From Chrysomallon squamiferum (Eukaryota; Animalia; Mollusca), in assembly GCA_012295275.1 (NCBI GenBank), contig CM022675.1, positions 3,224,001-3,288,000 on the forward strand: a stretch of DNA of 64,000 nt, in the 5' to 3' direction. Below, one piece after another: positions 24,732 to 47,235 of this stretch; the first letter of the stretch is position 1; every line of letters begins with the position of its first letter. The position numbers and the translations under genes were made by a program. The notes below the pieces were generated by a model. That model was not told the DNA's origin. It searched no databases and saw only the letters and a program-made list of their open reading frames with translations.

Positions 24732-26209
24732 GGTAGTGGTAGTAACAGTTTTAGTGGTGATATTAGTAGTATGAGTGCCTGTAAAAGCTGTAGAATATAA
24801 TTAAAACTGATATAACAAAAAGCATTGAGGCACACAGAAAGATGTTACTAATCCTAGGATCATCCTTCTTATAGTTTCATTAAATGTTCTTAGAGTTAAA
24901 TTCAGCAAGAATTTTTTTTATTTTACATAGCTCTTCTTTCTTTCGTTTCTTTATTTTTAAAGATAAATAAAATAAATTTTGTTTTTTAATAAAGATTTTA
25001 TGAAAGTATTTTCGTTAAAGTAAACAAATGAACATAAAAACTAATTATAGCCGTTACCTTCAGATAAATATTGTTTTTGTTACCTGTTTGATCGTTATTA
25101 AAAATCTCAGATTCTGTAGCATCAGTACCTACAACAACAGCAATAAAAAGAGCAACAACAAATACAACAACAATAATAACATTAACAATAATAATAACAA
25201 TAAAAAATAATGATAGTAATAATAACTAGAACAAGAAAAACGATGATAATGAGAACAATAAAACAAATAATAATAGTGGTAATAGTACTAGTAATGATAA
25301 TTATAATCGTAATAATGACAGTACTGATAATGATTATTATGATGAATATGGTAATAACAATAATGATAATGATGATAATAATAATAACAGTGATAAAAAA
25401 AATAATGGTAATAACAACACAGCTAATAATTGTAGCTTATTTTGTTACCACATCATTAAGGATTTGTTTTGTATTTGTGGATGTTCTGCTCATTTATAAT
25501 GAGCAAAATTAACAGATGTAGTAAAATGTTACCTATTTTATAAACACTCATTGTGTTTTCAGTCCCGCAGTTTTCTCTGAAGTTTCCCAAACAACCAGTT
25601 TTATTTTCTTTATTAACAAATGTAAGTGGAAGCTGAAACCAGTCTATCAAGTTAAAACAGCAACACTTCTCTCTCTGCAATTCAAACATTTAAAATAATA
25701 AATAAATGCCTGTGTATATGTACGTGTACATATATGTATGTATATGCGGCTGTGTTTATGCTTGCCTGTTTGCATGCATGTGGATGTGTGTGTGTGTGTG
25801 CATTTTTCTGTGTCTTTGTGTATTATTTACTTAATCTGTGTTACTAACCTGTAATCCAACATATCTTACACTTGCAGTAGTTTTGTGTTTTTTACATTCG
25901 TAGTAACATCGACTTGCCTGGTTGTCGTATTTTATTTGATAAAACTTTAAAGATTTTAATTCATTCACTTCTGTGAGATAATCAAACAGTGGTGTGTTAT
26001 CCGCTGTAAAACAAAATTCATTTGTTTAATATAATCAGTTTTACAACATAAGCAATCATTTTGTGTATAAAATGAAGTCAGACTCACATACGCACACACA
26101 CACAAACACACACACACACAGATTAGCTTGACGTTCAAAAACTATACTAATAACAAAGCAAACAATAGCATCTACTACTAGCACAATAATAATAATAATG
26201 ATGATGATG

Positions 26210-26257
<48 letters not shown>

Positions 26258-27025
26258 TAACAGCAATTTTTATTTAATAAAAGCAATGTAAAATTAGTTT
26301 AAAAAGGAAAAGAGAAAAACAACAACACACAGCCGTAAGAAAAAGACAACACAACAACAAAGAAAAACTAATATATATATTTATTTTTGTAAAAAAAATC
26401 GAAGATTTAATTGTCGTTAGCATATTATTTTTTTATCTTAATTAGCTGTGTCAATTATACATTGCTGTTGTGATCTATTTTATATCACGTGACAAAAGAA
26501 ATGCTATCTTTAAAGAAGGGAGAACAAATATCGAAGCTTATATTTAGTAAAATCTGTTGTTTAATTTTCTTATTGTGTATGTAACGACAGTAAATGCACT
26601 GTATTAAACAATATTAACAATATTTTTATAATAAATGTACCAATACACTTGCTCATATTAAACAATAATATAAATTTAATACAGATGAATATTCACAGTC
26701 GCCATAACTTTTGATCTGAGTATTACTTTAGATTTTGTGATCGTAACTGCTCATTTGAACAACTTAATAATTTACATCACCTGTCCACTTCCAGGAACTG
26801 TACTGAACTTTAGCTCCAATCCAGTAAGATCCTGCTGTGACATCACTCAGTGATGTAATATCTAACGTACTGTACAGTTGTTCTCCATGTTGATGACATG
26901 TATAAAACGCTGTATCCCATGTGACGTCATTTAATACACGCAGAGTAGCTGTAATGAAACGGCTGACACAAAATCCCGCCGAAAATTGTAAGATGCAGAC
27001 GACTTGTAATCCATACTTCAGCCAT
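19666..27025 (-). pseudogene. Paralog D: full-length pseudogene, short-tail class
   Basis: ATG 27025; exon 1 is fused to the end of intron 1 (frameshift). Exons 26948-26781, 26003-25849, 25674-25533, 24578-24462, 22404-22194 (internal duplication giving a stop), 22087-21962 (TAA at 22017-22019), 21508-21473, TM 20262-20184, tail 19885-19666 (TAA at 19861-19863). Confidence 0.9.
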
Positions 27026-27083
27026 GACACCTTGTTAATTGTACAAGGAAGTCAAACACTGATCTGTTTTTACACCCGTTTTT

Positions 27084-27168
<85 letters not shown>

Positions 27169-27719
27169 CTTTTTTTAATTTGGTTAAAAGATATGACAAC
27201 TTCAAAAACTAATACCACGAAAATATTTATACGTAGATAATTAACAATAAAATATATTAATCACGAGGTAGCTAGAACTCGTTCGAGATCTTACGCTAGA
27301 CTTTGTACATTAAAACACTTTTATCTTGAGTGAACAAAGTGGTTCGCTGTCCTAAAAAGATGATAAGTTAAACGTCCGCTCCAAATAAACTTGCTAAATA
27401 TAGACTATCTACATGTTTGCTTTGTGTTCGTTTTTATGATGAAGATGACGACGGCTGTGATAACTGTCTATAACTACGATGATGCTGTTATTATGTTAAG
27501 ATGACGACGATGATGTGATGGAAAATTTAATTATTTTTCTAATGGGAATTATGTTATGGTTGGCTGAAGTTATTTCAGTATTTAACAGAAACCTTTTGTT
27601 GAATATAAATATTGTACACAGTTTTGTGCTAGAAATTAATAAATACACGCAAAAAACACATACACACATATACATACATATAAATTCATATATGTGCATA
27701 TACATACACTACGTACAAA

Positions 27720-28928
27720 CACTGAACAAAATAAGAAACTTCCGCTAATATTGCTTTAACATAAGTTGACGAAAACAAACTGAATGAATTATTGTTATGA
27801 CTTTAAAGAAGGTTCTATTACGCATTGTTTGGTGCAAAAAACATGGCCACAGGTTAAAAGAAACTGGGAGAAATTTTGACCAAGTGTGACAGGGGTTAAA
27901 AAAAACACAGACACTTAATAACGGATTTGACAACCTCTTGATCTGACCACTGCAGTACATCATAAGGCGCTTACAATTGACTAGAATGTTGATTTCTGAC
28001 TGTGGAATATTGTTCCAGTCCTGAATGAGCGCTTGACAAAGTTCGTTGATGTTAGGGGCTGGGTTGGGACGACGCCTCAATCGTCTGTCCAGACTTTCCC
28101 AGACAGGTTCTGTGTGGCAGTCATCAGTGAAATCCATGTAACTGTTTGTGTACACGTGCCCAGTTAAAACGATTTAGTCGATGACTTTGTGTTAAAACTC
28201 ATTCGACATAAAGAGTCGTGCATGTAAACCGTCCTCTCGCAGACGATTAGAACAGTTTGCCCGCTGATTCGGTTTGTTATGAAGCCAGGTGTGTTAGCAG
28301 CAGTAGCAGTGGCAGTTTGGAATCGACTGCGCAAATGTGTATTCATGATGTAGCGGTCTTGTAACACGAGTTGTAACACGAGTTGTAACACGCGTTGTAA
28401 CACGCGGACGTCCAAGACAAGGCGAAGTCGTTGGTGCTTCCTGTCAGTCGAAATCAGAGATGTCGTATCGCTCGATCAGAACTCCCAAAATACCTTGAAA
28501 CAACTTCTTTTGACAAGGCAGCATCAAGCATGACCATCTCCCGTTCGCGTAAATTATTGGGAATCCTTAGCATTCAGAAAATTCTTCAATGAAAAAAAAC
28601 GTTATTTTATTTTTACTTTTATTTATTCATTATTATTAATTTTTTTTTTTTTTTTTACCGTTTTCGTTCACTTTACAACAATGTCAATAAGACAAGTAAA
28701 ATAAACTGGCCGAATACTACACGGGACATGTCGAACAATTAATGCACGTGCAAACTGAGTTTCACGTTGTCGATGATTAACAGTGCAAAAATAATCGACA
28801 AAATTCATGAATCCTGATAATACAGCTCAAGGCTAATACTACATACATATTTTCATTACACAATACATTCTTTAACACAACAAATACTATATGTATAAAA
28901 CGGAAGTTTCTTTAATTTTTTCGGGATA
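27720..28928 (-). mobile_element. Tc1/mariner relic, internally deleted, between head-to-head paralogs D and E
   Basis: Imperfect TIRs cactgaacaaaataagaaacttccg and cggaagtttctttaattttttcgg. Transposase remnants QDRYIMNTHLRSRFQTATATAANTPG..RISGQTV and VWESLDRRLRRRPNPAPNINELCQALIQDWNNIPQSEINILV. Confidence 0.8.
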
Positions 28929-30503
28929 TATATACGTGTTTATCTCTTTTTATGTATGTTTAGATAAACACACATACACGTGTGTTTACATAGATGTACA
29001 TATCTACCCAGATGCATGAACATAGGAAGACACTAGCATATACTTTATAACAATTATTCCGTCACTGCTGTCTGCGTTTCTCAGTTTCTTTTTCTTATAA
29101 TTTTTTTTTTTTATTATTATTTCTTCAGATCATCTTTTTCTTTCTTCTTATTTTGTTTCATCAACACATATAGCAAACTCAATAACGCAAGCTAATTTTA
29201 AATTCGTATTTTAAACTGAGCGACAAAGAAACAGAGATAATTTATAAAAATAAATACACAATAAATAAAGGAACACACAGAAAACAGGTTTAGTAAGTTT
29301 ATTTATGTTGACGTCGGAGTTTGCACTGTTAATCGTCAACAAGGTGAAACTCAGTTTGCATGAGCATTAATTGTTCGATATGTCTCGTGTAGTATTCGGT
29401 CAGTTTGTTTACTTATCTTACTGACATTGTTTTCAAGTGAACGAAAATGGTGAAATAAATAAATAAATAAATAAATAAATAAAAACAATAGTAAAAATAA
29501 AATAACGTTTTTTCTTTCAAGGTCAGAAAAGTCTGATGTGAGATTTCAAAAGAGAAATAGCTACCTCCGAAATATAGTATGTGCTTGTGTTTTTCTGTGT
29601 GTGTATATCCAGGTAGGTAGATTGTGCATCTACATAAACATGTGTGTGTGTGTTTACATAAAAATAACATAAAAGTGAAAAGAAAACGAAAGCAGTTACC
29701 GAATAATTGTTAAGCAGTATAAGCCAGTGTGTTTCTGTGTATATATATGAACGTACGTAGATATACATATCTACGTAAACATAGGTATGTGTATATATGT
29801 GCATCTAAGTTTACACACTTTTGTGAGCGAGGTGTGTATATTTGTGTATGTGTCTATGTATATATGATGTGAATATGTGAATGTACGTGCGTATGTGTGT
29901 CTGTATTTGTGTATGAATGTATGTACACATGTGCACGTTGTGTTGTATGTATGTATGTATGTATGTGTATGTATAGGTGTATTTATTAGATTCTAGGCAG
30001 ACAACGTTGCACAATAATTATATTAAACACAAAATCCAGTTTCTGTTAACTATTTAAACAATTTCAGCCAGCCTTTCCATCTTTCTCATTATTATCAAAA
30101 TCACTGAGTTTTTCATCATAACATCATCATCATCATCTTAACATAATAACAACATTATCATAATTATAGCCATCATCGTCGTCTCCGTCATCTTTAAAAA
30201 CGAACACAAAGCAAACAGGTAGACAGTCTATATTTAGCAAGTTTATTTAATGCAGACGTGTGAGTTATTTTCTTTCTAGGACAGCAGACACACACTGTTC
30301 ACTTTCTGGTTTGTTAAACACAAAAGTGTTTTAATGTAGAGTCTAACGTAAGATTTCAAACGAGTTTTAACTACCGCGGTAATTACGATCATCTGCGTAT
30401 AAAATTTTGGATTTTTTGAAGTTGTTACGTCGTTTTACACGAAAAACCGGTGTTTGTAAAAATAGATCAATGTTTTACTTCCTTGTACAGTTAACAGGGT
30501 GTC

Positions 30504-38516
<8,013 letters not shown>

Positions 38517-38594
38517 AATAAACTTTCACTGAGTAAAATACTCGATCTGCTAGCTAAAATAAAACATTTACACATATACATCATAGTTCTGCAC

Positions 38595-38995
38595 CATGGC
38601 CGTATCTACACTGAGGCGAATGTCTCGTACAGAAATTGATTATTGTTTTTTGTTGTTGCTGGGGTTTGTTTTTGTTTTTGTTTTTTGTTGTGTTGTTTTT
38701 TTGTGTGTATGTGTGATGTTTCTTTTTTCTTTTTTTGTAGTATGTTTATTTATTTATGTGTGCATACACACACACACACACACAGAGATTTTATTTTTTT
38801 TATTTAAAAAATATAAAATATAAATCTCTGTCCCGATAGAAACGATATCCGCTTTCAAGTCGGAGCTTCATGGGCCCTTTGGCCCCTCGTCCACATTTCT
38901 TCTCTTTTTTTGTACCTCTCCGCTCGGCGATTAAGTGTTTTTGTCCCATTTAAAAATAATAATAATAAAAAAAAAAAAAAGGTCTAGTTACGGCC
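38595..38995. mobile_element. Non-autonomous MITE-like insertion in the 3' flank of paralog E
   Basis: Inverted ends (catggccgtatctac ... ctagttacggcc) with flanking direct repeat tctgcac. Absent at the homologous position downstream of A (~2530) and D. Confidence 0.55.
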
Positions 38996-39567
38996 GTCTG
39001 CACAAACATTTTATTTTTATTTTTATTTTTTTCTTTAAATTATATTCAGGAATATGCTAAAACACAGTTTAATCAAATTAATTTAACATATATTGCATAA
39101 AGCACTGCTGTGTAGTTATTTAACTGTTTTAAATAGAAACATGGTGACAGTCCACTGTTTATGCTGCATGATTTTAATTACAAAATAGGAAAATGGCGGA
39201 ATTTTTCATAGCAGTTTAATTTTACTGTTGTAATTTATTTGTTATCAAAAACTGATGGCGAAAATCAATAAAGTAAAAATTTTAAAGAATGTAAAAGGAA
39301 TTTAAACTTTTTAGTCGCTTGTACGCTTTAACAACAACACAAATAATATTTATAAATAATAAAAAAAAAGTGTGTCTGCGTGAGTATGTGTGCTAAGAAG
39401 TAAGGAGGGAAAAAGAAACAATCACTTTGAAATTTATTTCATTTGTTCGTACATTCAGATAAATTTTAAATGAAAATAAAAATGTTATATAAAACGACTA
39501 GTCCCAGATTATAAGCTGTGGTACGCACTTTTTTGTCTTTGGAAATAAAGATATTAGCGAATATTTT

Positions 39568-39598
<31 letters not shown>

Positions 39599-40567
39599 TT
39601 ATTATTATTAGATAAGATTTAATCGTACAGCATTTCTTAAATTAAACTAAAATTTAAGTAGATCTGGTTCTAACTGCTCAAATGCATGGTTACGTAGATC
39701 TAAGGAAAGGCAAAACATTAAATTTAAGAAAATCTGTGGTGAAACAAACATCGTTAATGATTTATCTGAAGACAAAAATATGAGTTCCTGGAAGCAGGCT
39801 TTGCAAACAGTACAAAGAGAATGATATCTACAATGCCGACGTCACAGCGTAGTTGTTTATATGTTTTAATACATATAAATGCATTAAAAATTTATATACG
39901 TCAGTTGTGTCATATTTTAAAGTTTATGTATTTTGTGGAACCTACAACTGACATGTACACACTTTGTCTTAAAATCTTTAAAAATATGAAAGAAAAACGC
40001 CATTTAACATTAAAGGCTGTTCGATTCGTTAGAGTAAATAAACAGGGCGGACTCTTTCTAAACAAGATTTTTTGTGAGTAAATAATCAGATGTGGTATCA
40101 TTTCATAGTTTAACAAATCTTTTTTTTTTTTACCTTTGTGATTCGATGCTTCGATGCTTCGAAGTTTCTGGTAGAAAATACATCTTAATATATCACTTCC
40201 TGTTTACAGTTTTCAGGTTACGACCGGCAAAATCAAACTCCTAAGGTTTGTTTAATTTATAAATCTTAGCTTTTGTCACCTTTGACAGGTCATCATAGGT
40301 GACTGGATAAATATTAACTTACTTGTGTTCTTTTTAATTTTTAATATTTATCGAATGTTAGAATCTTTTAAACATTCGCACGAATGTCTCGTCTGATCCT
40401 CGCATTACTTCACTGTGAGGCAGTGCTGTGTGCAAGAGCGAGAAAAATAATAATAAAATAAAACAAAAATAAATAATAATTCAGTACTAATAAATTTCTA
40501 TGTTAATTATCATTATAATTATATTGTATAATTACAGTCCTGAAACTTTTATTATTATTATTATTAC

Positions 40568-40622
<55 letters not shown>

Positions 40623-40993
40623 GAAAAAACATTCAGTACATATTACTTGATTATAGTCTTTAATGTTTGTTGATAACTTGAATTACTAATTATTTCTTTC
40701 TACAAATTGGTGTCAAAGTGTGTGAAAATAAAAAAATAAAAAGAATAAGAAATTACAGTTACAACTTAAGAAAAAAAGAAAAAAGAAATACAGTTTATGA
40801 AATTCCATTGCATATTAATTATTATTCATTCTTATTGTTTGAATTTAAGATAAAGTTTAATTTCTTAACTAATAATACACATCAGTAATGGAAAATTAAT
40901 CTATGTATTTTCCTTTCAGGGTGCAGAAAAGAAAGTTTATGACTTTCTCAAAGATATGCACTTTTTGGTTACATTTTGAAAAACTGCTGCACT

Positions 40994-42362
<1,369 letters not shown>

Positions 42363-43262
42363 TGATATTATTTCTCTAATTTTAAGTTATTTATTATTAT
42401 TATTGTTATGTTTTCCTCATAGTTTTATTAAAATGATACTCTCATTTTATTATACTCATTGCTATTTGTTATAGTTATAATATTTAAATTGCTATCCCCT
42501 ATTTTTCATAATAATATATGTTTGTATCTATGTACGTATGTGTGTATCTGTATGTGTTTTTACATGCATACATCCATACACACACATGTAATTATATATG
42601 TGTATATGCGTTTTTCACTTTGTATATATGTTTATATATGATAACTTGTGGACAAAACATACACACACACAAACATGAATATAAGCATGCAGACTTTCAT
42701 ACAGACTGTATAATAATTATTCTGTGAATGCTGTCTATCTTTCTGTTTGTTTTTCATTTTATCTTTCTTATTTCTTGAGTTGACCTCTTTATCTTTTTCT
42801 TTTTCTTTTTCTTTTTCTTATCTTATTGTGGTTTGTTGACACAAGTAATGAACTGAAAAATGTAAGCAAATTTAAAATTCAAAATTCAAATTAAAGACAG
42901 CAAAAAAGAAACAGGTGATTTGAAAAACTGAAAAAACTAACACAAAACAAGCAGATAGAGATACTCTGTATTAGTAAGTTTATTTGAAGTTGATGTGTAA
43001 GTTATTATCTTCCTAGAACAACAGACACACTCTGTTTATCTCACCTTCTGATTTATTAAAGATAAAAGATTTAATGTACAAAGTCTGATGTAAGATTATA
43101 AACAATAAAAATGTTTTACACTCAGACCTCTGTTTAACAGCTGTTTCACATATCACTGGAGTTTTTCTGCTTATATCTTTTTACAAAATCAGTCTTCCTG
43201 AAAAACAGGTGTTGTTGAAAACAGATCATTGTTTTACTTCCTTGTACAGCTAGCAGGGTGTC

Positions 43263-46200
43263 ATGGCTGAACTATGGGGCACAAGTCATCTGCTTCTTAC
43301 AATTTTTGGCCTGATTTTCTCTCAGCTGTTCTCTGCATCAGGAAAAATATTTATCTTTTGTTATTCTGTTGTATGTAATTAAATAGCATTTATAAAGTCA
43401 TCAAATTTATTTATGTATGAATAAAATTATGTTACATATATAGGTAACTATCTCCTACCTACCAAACTACTTACCTAGTTACATACAAATACCATTATTT
43501 TAATTTAAGCCCCTTTTTTTGTACATAACTAAATAGCATTAATGAAAGAGACAGAGAAAAAGACAGAGATTATAAAGTTAGTTTTATAAGTAAATTTATT
43601 CTGTTTTATTACAGCTACTCTGCGTGTATTAAATGACGTCACATGGGATACTGCATTTTATACATGTCATAAACATGGAGAACAACTGTACAGTACGTCA
43701 GATATTACATCACTGAGTGATGTCACAGCTGGATCTTATTGACTGGAGCTAAAGTTCAGTACAGTTCATGGATGTGGACAGGTGATATAAATTATTATTT
43801 TGTTGTACTGTGCAGTTACAATCACAAAATTAAAGAAATAAGCAGACCAAAAATTATGATGACTGAATATTCAGTTGTATTAAATTTATATTACTTTTTT
43901 ATATGTGCACAATAATTTATACATTTATTAAATATACTTGCTAATATTGTTTAACAGTATGAATTTATTATTGTTACACAATAAGGTATAAAATACAAAA
44001 CTATAATAATAACTAAAATAGATTTTATTTAGCTTTAGTACCAGTGTTTCTCTATCAATGCTATAACTAGGCAGCTAGTGAAATGGTGTAAAATACATGT
44101 ATGTCTAATTAACACAGCTAAGTAAAATATCTATATATTACATTTACTACAATTCTTTTCATTTAACCCAGATATTTTTTTTATTTATGTATTTTACACT
44201 GACTGATGTTCTCTTTGTATTATTGTTATTGTTATTGTTATTGTTATTATTAATATTATGATTATTATTATTATTATTATTGCTGCAGCACAAATCGTTG
44301 TTTTATTAGTTGAATATTAGTTCAATATTTATCTAGTTTTTAACAGATTCAGAAAAGAAATGCATGTATATTTCTGGTATTTTATGTTTTCAAAATTGAT
44401 TATTTTAAACAAATAAAGTTTGTTTTACAGCGGATAACACACCACTATTTGATTACACTGGAGAAGTGAATGAATCACAATCTGAACAGTTTTATCAAAT
44501 CAAATACGACAACCAGGCAAGCCGATGTTACTACGAATGTCAACAACACAAAACTACTGCAAGTGTAATGTATGTGGGATTGCAGGTTGGTAACATAGAT
44601 TTATTTATGATTTATTTATTAAGCTTACATAAAATGGACACACACCCACTCATAAAGCCTAGGAATGCTTATTAAGACCATAAACAAAGTATATCTGGTT
44701 GTAGTCACTAAAACAATGATCGTTAACAATTAGCAGCAAGAATCTTTTACATGAATACAGTTATATCATTGTCTGTGATTAACATGTTACCCTGTTTGGA
44801 ATGGGAAACAAATTCTGTTGATGTGAAAGTGGGAAGAAATTATTGTTATTTTGACAAGTGTTATTTTAAATGTTTGTGTTACAGGGAGAGAAGTGTTACT
44901 GTTTTAACTGGAGAAGCTGGAATCAGATTTCACATGAATCTTTTCAAACAGAAAAGAAAACTACTTGTTTGGGAAACTTCAAAGAAAACTGGAACAGAAA
45001 TTACAATGAGTATTTATAAAACAGGTAATATTTGGTATATGAATGTAGATTTTTTTTATATTCATGTCTATCTGTGATACTGTCAGCAATCTTGAATTTT
45101 TCTTATTTTTCTATTTATTTAATTTTATTTCATTATGTTTCGTTTATTATCTTTTTCATATTTTGTTTTTGTTTACTTACTTCATTTTATTTTATTTGTT
45201 ATATTTATTTACAGATTTCACAATCAGCTATGTTACGTGATTACTTGATGTTGATGGTGTTTGTGGCTACATTGACCAAAGTGTAAATATTTTTGTGAAA
45301 ACAGATAGAAACTGTAACAGAAAGAGAGGATTTGTCTGTGACTGTGAGTGAATATTTCTGTTTCAATGTTGTTATTTTTGTAAGTTGTAAAAGACAACAC
45401 AAAGACAGTCATGAAATGTTGGAGATTTTTTCCCCATTAATCACTGTAGTTAGAAAGCTGTTTATATATATAAATATATATAACAGTTTTATTCCTGTAC
45501 TGAACATCATCATCATCATCATCATTCCAGGTTCACTTTTGACAGCATATACTGTTCAAAATATTACAATATATGGGACATTTGCAATGATGTAATTTTT
45601 ACTTTATTTACATTATTATTATTATTAACTTGTTTCTTTGGAATTGCCATTTATTTTGATTTTATTGTTGTGTTGTTATTGTTTATATGTTTACTTATGT
45701 ATTACAGGTGCTGAAGATTACAACAATGCTTCATGTTATCATCATGACAAGACTCACAGCTGGTTTTCATCTAACTCAACTTGCTCATTAACCAAACTAA
45801 ATAAAAATAATGCTGAACTAATTAGAAGAGAAATGAATGGTGGAGTACAGTACTGGATTGGACTAAAACGTGACAGACAAATAGTTTGGTTTAACAGTTT
45901 TTACACTGAGTTATTGTAAAACTGATTCACTCTTAAATCAAAAACTTTTCTTAATTTTTATTTATGTTCTCATGTAGATGATTTACGTTTTTATTTCAAT
46001 TATTATTGTTGTTGTTGTTATTGTTATTAAATGTGGTTGTTTATTTATTTACTGACATACTAACTTACTTATTTACGATTTCTAGCAAATTTTAAAAATA
46101 TTTTTCTTTTTATTTGTTAGATTATATAAACAAAAAGATACATTGAATTTCAGATGAAACACTGAATATAAACATGACACAAAATGGTTGTGTATTGCTG

Positions 46201-46276
46201 GACAAATTCTCAAATGGCAAAACTTCATTTTCAGTTACTAACTGTAGTGATGTCCACTCTTCCATTTGTATTAGGA
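43263..46276 (+). pseudogene. Paralog F: pseudogene with a C-like ectodomain; 3' part lost at the assembly gap
   Basis: Exon 1 43263-43341 (donor GA), exon 2 43615-43781 (1-nt deletion, TGA 43740-43742), 44431-44585, 44885-45024 (2-nt deletion at the CG motif), 45215-45343 (TGG>TGA 45238-45240), 45708-45905 (donor CT), 46154-46276. Confidence 0.9.
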
Positions 46277-46590
46277 GTAAGTATTATTCTTTTTATTTTA
46301 TTTTATTTTTTTTTTCTCACAAAGGAGGTAATATATGTACTTGGTATCATCTTCATCTACCACTCCAATTCATAATCTGGTAAATTTATTTATTTATGGG
46401 TGTGAAATATGTAAGTTTATTCCATACCACCCTATTTTCAAATCAGATTAGCATTGTTCATTAAGATCTGTATGTGTGTACATACATGAAATTAATTTAA
46501 ATGTTTTCTAACAAGAATATTTTACTGTGACTGACAAAATAAATAAATAATTAAAAACTAAATTAAATTAAAAAATATATTGTTTTTAGA

Positions 46591-46790
46591 NNNNNNNNNN
46601 NNNNNNNNNNNNNNNNNNNNNNNNNNNNNNNNNNNNNNNNNNNNNNNNNNNNNNNNNNNNNNNNNNNNNNNNNNNNNNNNNNNNNNNNNNNNNNNNNNNN
46701 NNNNNNNNNNNNNNNNNNNNNNNNNNNNNNNNNNNNNNNNNNNNNNNNNNNNNNNNNNNNNNNNNNNNNNNNNNNNNNNNNNNNNNNNNN
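46591..46790. other. Assembly gap (200 N)
   Basis: Run of N. Order and distance across it are not guaranteed. Confidence 1.
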
Positions 46791-47235
46791 ATGTCTTTAT
46801 CTGTCTTTCCATCTCAGTCTGTGTCTCTAACTTTATCTAAGTCCTTTTCTCTCTCGTCATCTTTCTCCATTACATCATACACATACCTTCACTCACACTC
46901 TCAGTCCTGAATTCACATATAAAACATAATTTGTGTTAGTATACTACACACATTTTTGTCATTACTCCACATTTTGTTTTCACTTGTCAGCGGTTACGGG
47001 TGAAAAGATTTGAGGCCTTAAATGGTATAATTTTATTTGTGTAATACTTTTCAAATGAGAGACATCATTTTTACGACAACAGATGTATTTCACATTCCTA
47101 CTGCGCATGCCACCGAAGAGTAGCGTCCCTTGACAAGCTACACTGAAACTAGTCTATTTACAAATTGAGGGGCGTGACAGACAGGTTGTTATGGGCGACA
47201 CGAATAGCTTCGTAGCAGACTTTAAACTTAGCCAG

